Positions 57,501 through 64,000 of a DNA stretch of 64,000 nucleotides are shown here, piece after piece. A program made the translations under genes and the position numbers. Each line of letters begins with the position of its first letter. The first letter of the stretch is position 1. This DNA is from Chlorokybus atmophyticus. Taxonomy: Eukaryota; Plantae; Mesostigma and Chlorokybus algae. The stretch is from contig RHPI01000249.1 of NCBI GenBank assembly GCA_009103225.1, positions 184,348 through 248,347 of the forward strand. The letters run 5' to 3'. The notes beneath the pieces are model-generated. The model was not told the origin of the DNA. It ran no database searches and worked only from the letters and a program-made list of their open reading frames with translations.

Positions 57501-59639
57501 GGGAAGCTGCAACAACATCAGCAGGCACCTCCTCCGAAGCCACCAGTGGTGCTGCCTCCGCAGCAACAGCCACACCGGCTACAACGTCGACTCCACCAAC
57601 GTCAGCAGCACCCACTCCAGTTGCACCACAACCTGGTACACCGATGGACACCGGGACGCCGACACTGGTGAGCACAATGGCAACAGCCGCCATCTCTACC
57701 GAATCTGCACCAGTGGGCGGTGCACTTCCCACTGCAGCAGTGCCTCTGTCCGTAGGCGTTGAGACAACTCTCGCACCACCGACCGGTACTGTTGCAACTG
57801 CCACAATTGCCATCGTCGAGCCCGCTGTCTCTGCAGCAACGCGCGCAGCCACTCTGCCCGCTCTCGACATCACTCAGGCTGTCCCAACTGGTCAGCAAGC
57901 TGAGCGAGCATGGGAAACCATCCTGCGCGGAGCAGACCCCACTACCATCGCCTTCTGTCGGGGGGGGAGCGCACCACGCGTGTCGCCCGCGATGATCGCG
58001 TCTTCCCGCTACCAGAGGTTCACACCCTTCCATCACTCACTCAACACCAATTGAAAGATGAGATCCTTGCTGGCACTGCACCTCCGATGCGTGACAGGGT
58101 GTTTTTGATCAGCTACAGCCCACCGGTAGTGTTGGAGTTGGCCCTGCAGCTGTTCTGGGCGCAGCACAACAACATGCAGACCGCCCCGCACCAGTCTGCA
58201 CGCATGCCAACCACCACCTTTGAACCCAGCCCGCTGAACACGTATCGGGACCGCCGAGACACCGTCCAGCAGCGCATCGCCGACGCAGCCGACCTGCCTT
58301 TGGGCACTGATGAAGCACTCGGACCTCCTACAACCGCTCGCCTTCATCAGCGCTACCACGCATTGGAACAAGCATATCATTGGCGACAGGATCCAGCTGC
58401 CGCCATTGCTACACGTGAACAAGCTCTTGAAGCTACGCGTGCACCAGTACCGCAGTCACCAGCTGCTGGTCCATCCTCCAGCACCACTCCGCTCTTCGTT
58501 GAGACCAACTCTGACCAAGCGAGGGCGTTGGCTCAACAAACCAGGGGGGTGATCGCCCCGTTGCTGCCTGCGCTAATGGAGGATCTACCTGAGGACCAAA
58601 GGGAGCCAAGGAGGGGCTACCTTACACCACAAGGGTGTACACAAAGAGATGGAGCAGGACTGGTTGGAGAGCAACAACTACGCACTGCTCTGTTGCGACA
58701 AGCAACCATGCTGCATCGGCAAGAAGGCATTGGACTTCGGCAGATGCTTGGGATGCGAGACAATGGCAACGCGGCACGCGCACGGTTAGTGACGTGGCTG
58801 GTCACCAACCATCCCGCAGTCCCGTTGTTCGCTTTCGGCGCCAGAATAGCGTGGGTGGACGCATTCCTTCGCTCCATACGGCAAGCCTATGATGAAGTGG
58901 CGTCTGCCGCCACTGACACTCTGGAGGGAGCTCTGGAGGCTATACTGAGTTTGCCAGGAGTGGAGGCAGGACGTCAGCGCAGGCGCATCGCCGCTGCTTA
59001 CGAGCAGCATGTCCAACAGCCAGAGACCCGCCTCACTGTACGCGCACGAGCAATAACAGTGCTGGAAGTGGGAGTGGTCAACGGCAGATGGGATGCTTAC
59101 ATGGCAGGGATCCTCAGGGTGCCCACCATCACCCACGACATGAGAGCGCGGCTCCTACGCGCAGTGTACCTGCAGCCCATGCCTCAGAACCATCGCTATA
59201 TAGACGTGAATAACAATGCGACGGCTACATGGGAAGGTACACTAGTCAGAGAGGCATCCCGTGCTGTGCGATGAACCTATGCAGAGGAGCAGGCTGCACG
59301 AGAGGCAGTCCCGCAAACACCAGGTCCTCCAGGGTTCCCGCCACAGCCACTGGCCACTCCTCCTGGCATGACAACAGTTGCACAGAGGGTCAACCCTCCT
59401 GCACCTCCACTTGGACAGGTTGCAGCAGCACCTCCAGTGCCTAGGCCACCACGCGTGTCCCAGCAACCGCGACAAGGACGGTTTGGACAAAGCCGAGGAC
59501 AAGGAGGTCCACAAGATCCATCAGGCAGAGGAGCCCTGGCTGCCCTACGGTCAGGCCCCGCAGATGAGAGTGAAGCAACAGTCTCTCCACGCAAGAGGTT
59601 CCGTCGCTTCAAGAGGCTGCGCATCAACGCTAATGCAGC

Positions 59640-60030
59640 CATGATCGCCAACCAAGGCAAGCACGTGACCATCAATGGTCGGGCACCCAAATGCGTGATG
59701 CTGGACACTGGAGCACAGCCTGTCATCATTTGGCGCTACCTCGCACGAGATCTCGGCATCACCAGCGCTGAGCTGCTTCCCTGTCCCTACCAGCTGGACA
59801 CCGCAACCGGCAACCGCGACAAGGTGCTCGGCCTTACCAAGCAGGCTGTGAGCATCCGCCTCACCGGACTAAACCCTTCCCACAGCACGGAGATTGTACA
59901 AAGGTGTGTGGTCACCGATGCCGGGTCCTTTGACCTACTGCTGGGACAGGGCTGCAACTTCCCTGTCGGCATGGGGATGGACTGCTGGACTGAGCAGGCA
60001 TGGTTTCGACCGCATTGGGATGAGGATGAT
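59640..60030 (+). CDS. pol: Retroviral-type aspartic protease domain
   Basis: KCVMLDTGAQPVII (DTG at 59704-59712) and FDLLLGQ downstream, in ORF 59368..61056. Confidence 0.88.
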
Positions 60031-60429
60031 GGAGAGGAGCAGGGATTCCTACCTCTCGAACTGGTGGCCAAGGCCCGCTCGCAACGAAAGTCGGCCGCAG
60101 CAGCCACCTACAGTCCTACAAAAAGCTCACGTGTGCCTCGTGCCCGAACGCAGCCGAGGACAACTGCAACGAGCTCGAGCCCGAGCCTAAACGCTGAAGA
60201 GGACTCTCCTACACCGTACGATGAGTCTCAGGAGACTGTCACCAAAGCATTGGCCTTTCAGGAGCCATCTGAGCGTCGCTGGAGCGCACAAGTAGCAGCA
60301 CACATGCTACTGACCAGGCCTCAGCTCACTGCACACTTCCCTGTCTACAAAGACCAGGCTACAGTGCAGGAGCAGTACCACATAGCTACTGGAGTTGTGG
60401 AGTTCCACATGTTCCGCCGACAACAAGGC

Positions 60430-61395
60430 ATCACCGTGCTGGAGCTGTTTGGAGGCATAGGCAGTGGGCTTGCGGCTGTCCTCAACACAGGAACAACAGT
60501 CACTAAATACCTCTATTGTGACCCTGACCCTCATGCACAGGAGGCTCTGAGCCATCATTTACGACAGCTGCACCAGCGCTACCCGCAGCAGCTACCGCTG
60601 TCGGCACTGCAAGGGAGCCAGAAGGCTCTGCCGCAGGACATCAGCTGGATTACCAAGGATCACCTGCAGGCAGTCGGCAACATTGACCTGCTGGTAGCAG
60701 GATGGGAGTGTCAAGGGCACTCCAGGGCAGGCAGAGGCTACGGGCTCTCTGATCCTCGCTCACAGCTGTTCTGGGAGCTAATGAGAGTCATCAAACTCCT
60801 GCAGACCAGTCAGATCGCTAGGCCCTTGGGCTACATCATCGAGAATGTGCACTCCGAGGATGACAAGCGGCATCACGTCGCCAAGGCATATCGACAAGTA
60901 TGCTCCTTGCTGGGGCATCCTCTCAAAATCGACGCCGCGCGTCATGGATCTCGCGCACCGCGTCCGCGCCAAGTGGACCAACCTGGCCATTGTGGAGGAC
61001 CTGTTTCTGGCCGAATACCTATACACAAATCGGCCACGAAATCTCGTCGTCGATGACATCCTGGACCCTGGACGCACAGCGCAACCGGTCACACGCCTTG
61101 ACCGCCACCACGTCTACCAGTGCAACCAGCCTGGTCAGCCGCGCCGCGCACTACCCACACTTGTATCCTATCCAGGCTCCTACGCGTTCCGCAATGGAGG
61201 CGACGGCATGGTGTTAGACTCCAACACTGGACAGCTGGAAGAACCCAATGCCCGTGAGCGCGAGCGTGCTATGGGATTCTTTCCAGGCAGCATCACAGGC
61301 TCCACGCTGACAACCAGTCAACAATGTCAGTTGTTAGGGCGCGCCATGGATAAAAACAGCATGGTGTGGTACTTGAAAATGTGCTTTGCTCTCCA
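60430..61395 (+). pseudogene. DNMT3-like C5 cytosine methyltransferase domain within pol, split by one frameshift at ~60955
   Basis: Motif I VLELFGGIG (FGGIG 60448-60462); motif IV IDLLVAGWECQGHSRAG (Cys 60709-60711); motif VI IIENV (ENV 60841-60849); motif VIII IDAARHGSRA/HRVRAKWTNL; motif IX ERERAMGF; motif X QLLGRAMD (LLGRAMD 61331-61351). Confidence 0.93.
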
Positions 61396-61599
61396 GGACC
61401 GCCATGTGTCCTTCCAGGAGCTCGAACACCCGGCTGGGGGGTGGATTGCTCGCTTTTCAGAGACCAAAGCAGCACACACCGCCCTCGAGACTGCCCGTGA
61501 AGGAGCAGGCAGCAGTCACTGTGGAAGACATTCCAGTGGTCGCCAACGCTACCTCGTGGTCCCACGCAATTGGACCGCTGGCCACAGGCCAGACTCGAG

Positions 61600-62940
61600 A
61601 GCAACTCGAGGCTCTCCTCAACAAGTGGAGGAGCCAATTCAGCTTCAGTGTGAAGGAGCTGGGCATTTGCTCAGCATACCAGATGGACATTGAACTAGTG
61701 GACACCGAACCGGTGTTCAGAAGACAGTACCGCCTCTCCAATTTAGAAGAAGATTTGGTGGAACAGAGGTGCAAGGCGCTGCTAGATGCAGGCCTGATCG
61801 AGGAGTCCACATCGGACTTTGCGGCCGCGACCGTCATGCCCCTGCAGAAAGATTCAGCAGGCAACTGGACAGACCGGCGCATGTGTGGCGACTATCGCCC
61901 CCTCAACAACAAGACCAAGCAGGACAGGTATCCAATGCCTACCGCAGAAGGCATCTTTGACGATGTAGGAGACTGCACGGTCTTTAGTATGCTGGATATG
62001 CGCCAAGGGTACAACCAGATCGCCATCAAAGAGGAGGACAAGCACAAGACTTCCTTCTGGGGAAACCGGCAGCTGTACCAGGGGAAGGTCATGCCCTTCG
62101 GACTGAAGAGCGCTCCGGCCAAGTTCCAGCGCGTCATGGACAAAGCCCTCAAGGGGTTGGACTTCGCACGCTGCTACATCGACGACATCCTCATCTTCAG
62201 TCACAGCAATGAGGAGCATCTCCAGCACATCGAAGAGGTGCTACAGAGGCTGAAGGAAGTCGGGATGACGGTGCACCCTGACAAGTGCACCTTCTTCACC
62301 CACAAGGTACCCTACCTAGGACACATGATTGTGCCCCATGGTGTGTACGTACAGCAGGCCAAAGTGGAGGCACTGGTGGCTATCCCTGCCCCCGCAGACC
62401 TCACGCGGCTGCGGGCCTTCCTCGGCCTTGCCAACTATTACCGCCGGTTTGTCAAGGACTTTGCCAAGACGCAAGGCCTCTCAACGAACTACTGAAGAAG
62501 GACACCGAGTTCTTGTGGAAGGAGGCACAACAGGAGGCCTTTCAGGAGCTGAAGCTCCGCGTCACCACAGCTCCCATTCTGCAACGCCCTGACTACACCA
62601 GGTCGTTCATCCTGCACACAGACTGGAGCAAGCTCGGCATGGGGGCCGTGCTCGTACAGCACGACAACAACAAGAAGGAGCGCGTAGTGTCGTACGCCAG
62701 CCGCAGCAACAACAGTGCTGAGGCCAACTACAGCAGCTACGAAGGGGAGTGTCTCGCCGCAGTGTGGGCCATCTCCTTCTTCCGACCCTTCCTGTTTGGA
62801 CGGCAGTTCCAACTGGTCACTGACCATCAACCCCTGAAGTGATTAATGAACAACCAGCACCTGACAGGAAAGTTAGCACGATGGGCGCTGCTGCTCCAGG
62901 AGTACGACTTCGATGTGGAACACCGCGCAGGCCTTGCCAA
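61600..62940 (+). pseudogene. pol: Reverse transcriptase and RNase H domains (1-nt deletion at ~62470; TGA at 62840-62842)
   Basis: RMCGDYRPLN, DRYPMP, LDMRQGYNQI, VMPFGLKSAPAKFQRVM, YIDD (62175-62186), LRAFLGLANYYRRFV. RNase H: FILHTDWS, YSSYEGECLAAVWA, LVTDHQPLK*L, LARWALLLQEYDF. Confidence 0.97.
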
Positions 62941-63339
62941 CCAGGATGCGGATGGCCTCAGCCGTAACCCCCACCTCAGCACCAACGACGCCACAGGCGC
63001 CCGACATGAGTTGGGTCCTACAGCTGCACCTTCAGGTGTGGCCACCATGTTCGCTGTCGCTGCGCTATGCTCAGGACGCAGTACTCAGATCGCTGAGGCA
63101 GCAGCAGACGGGGACATGCCCGCTCTCGAGCCCGCCATCACCACCACAGATCCTTTATCAGAAGAAGCGATCGCTGCCGACCCTGAGGTGGATGATGAGG
63201 AGCTGGCACCCACCGACACACGACAAGACATCTGGCTGGACGAGCCATCCCTCGCACTGCTTCAGACTGGACAACTTCCAGCAGGCATGAGCGCACGCGA
63301 GAAGGACCGTGTCCGGCAACGCACTCAGCGTTACCGCTG

Positions 63340-64000
63340 GGCCAACGACAGGCTGTATCGACGGATACAAGATGCAGATCATAAGGTCCCCACACCAGCT
63401 GCACGTGAAGGCATCATCTCCTCCCTTCACACCGAGCTCGGGCACTTCGGTGTCAAGTGCACGGTCAGCCTGGTCAGGACCCAGTACTGGTGGTATGGGG
63501 TGCACAGACAGGTGCGGGAGTTCGTCAGCAACTGTCAGCAGTGTGACATGGTTCGCGCCAGCCTCAACACGCGCAATGCCACCTTGCATCCCCTTCCCAT
63601 TTCCGGGTTGTTCTACCGCTGGGGACTGGACATCCTCGGAGACCTAGCGCCCTCAGCGCGAGGCAACCGCTACATCCTCGTCATGATCGAGCACTTCTCC
63701 AAGTGGGTGGAGCTGGTGCCCCTGCCCGACAAGAGCAGTGAGGGAGTAGCCCAGGCTTTCCTCTCCCATGTACTCGGACGCTTCGGCAGCTGCGCTGAAG
63801 TCATCACCGACCAGGGTACGGAGTTCAGAGGAGCCTTCGACAAGCTTATCGACAGATGCTTCATCGACCACCGTCGCACCTCACGCGACCACCCGCAGGC
63901 CGACGGCCTCGCCGAGCGTACCGTGCAGACCATCAAGAAGGCACTGCGCAAGTACGTCCTCGCCTACGAGAAGAATACCTGGGATGATCATCTCCCATGG
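63340..64000 (+). CDS. pol: Integrase (partial; the frame stays open from 62843 to the window end and is absent from the ORF track)
   Basis: My translation: LHTELGHFG...CQQC (HHCC zinc site), RWGLD, EHFSKW, ITDQGTEF, HPQADGLAERTVQTIK (DDE triad). Confidence 0.95.

Larger units (their letters stand above)
54925..64000 (+). mobile_element. Ty3/Gypsy LTR retrotransposon carrying a C5 DNA methyltransferase; decayed copy, 3' part outside the window
   Basis: Domain order Gag-PR-(DNMT)-RT-RH-INT is the Gypsy order. LTR-like leader. At least 5 frame changes and 2 in-frame stops. Confidence 0.95.

Noticed and set aside
57500-57762. C-terminal tail of the 719-aa Gag ORF as real protein
   Set aside because: The Cys/His/Ser-rich text looks off-frame; the +1 frame gives a coherent A/T/P-rich sequence continuing toward pol.
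59272-59274. Programmed stop-codon readthrough or gag-pol boundary at the in-frame TGA
   Set aside because: The context TGA-ACC does not match common readthrough signals, and the copy has many other disabling lesions, so a nonsense mutation is simpler.
60430-61395. Prokaryotic restriction-modification methylase or contamination
   Set aside because: The domain is in frame with retroelement protease upstream, has DNMT3-like C-terminal motifs, has no partner nuclease, and is contiguous with intron-rich eukaryotic genes.

Overview
This is eukaryotic nuclear DNA with dense GT-AG introns. Gene content (SEX4-type glucan phosphatase, plant Golgi-type apyrase, a land-plant-like Ig/TRP membrane protein) suggests a green alga, probably an early-diverging streptophyte (inference). 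About 11 intron-split host genes fill 1-53.3 kb: a bacterial-Ig-repeat multi-pass membrane protein (5' end outside the window), a HIT/HINT protein, a DUF4336 protein, an unknown plastid membrane protein, SEX4-like phosphatase, a secreted thioredoxin-fold protein, a very large modular single-pass surface protein, apyrase, cytosolic aspartyl-tRNA synthetase, an ABCC transporter and a weakly supported coiled-coil gene. Four N-gaps interrupt the assembly. The last ~9 kb is a decayed Ty3/Gypsy LTR retrotransposon, cut by the window end. Its polyprotein order is Gag(2xCCHC) - unknown domain - aspartic protease - DNMT3-like C5 cytosine methyltransferase - RT - RNase H - integrase. Its 5' LTR shows no recognisable tRNA primer site. 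Instead a perfect 15-bp inverted match links the predicted transcript start to the LTR end, suggesting Tf1-like self-priming. Exon boundaries and counts were read by hand and should be confirmed computationally.
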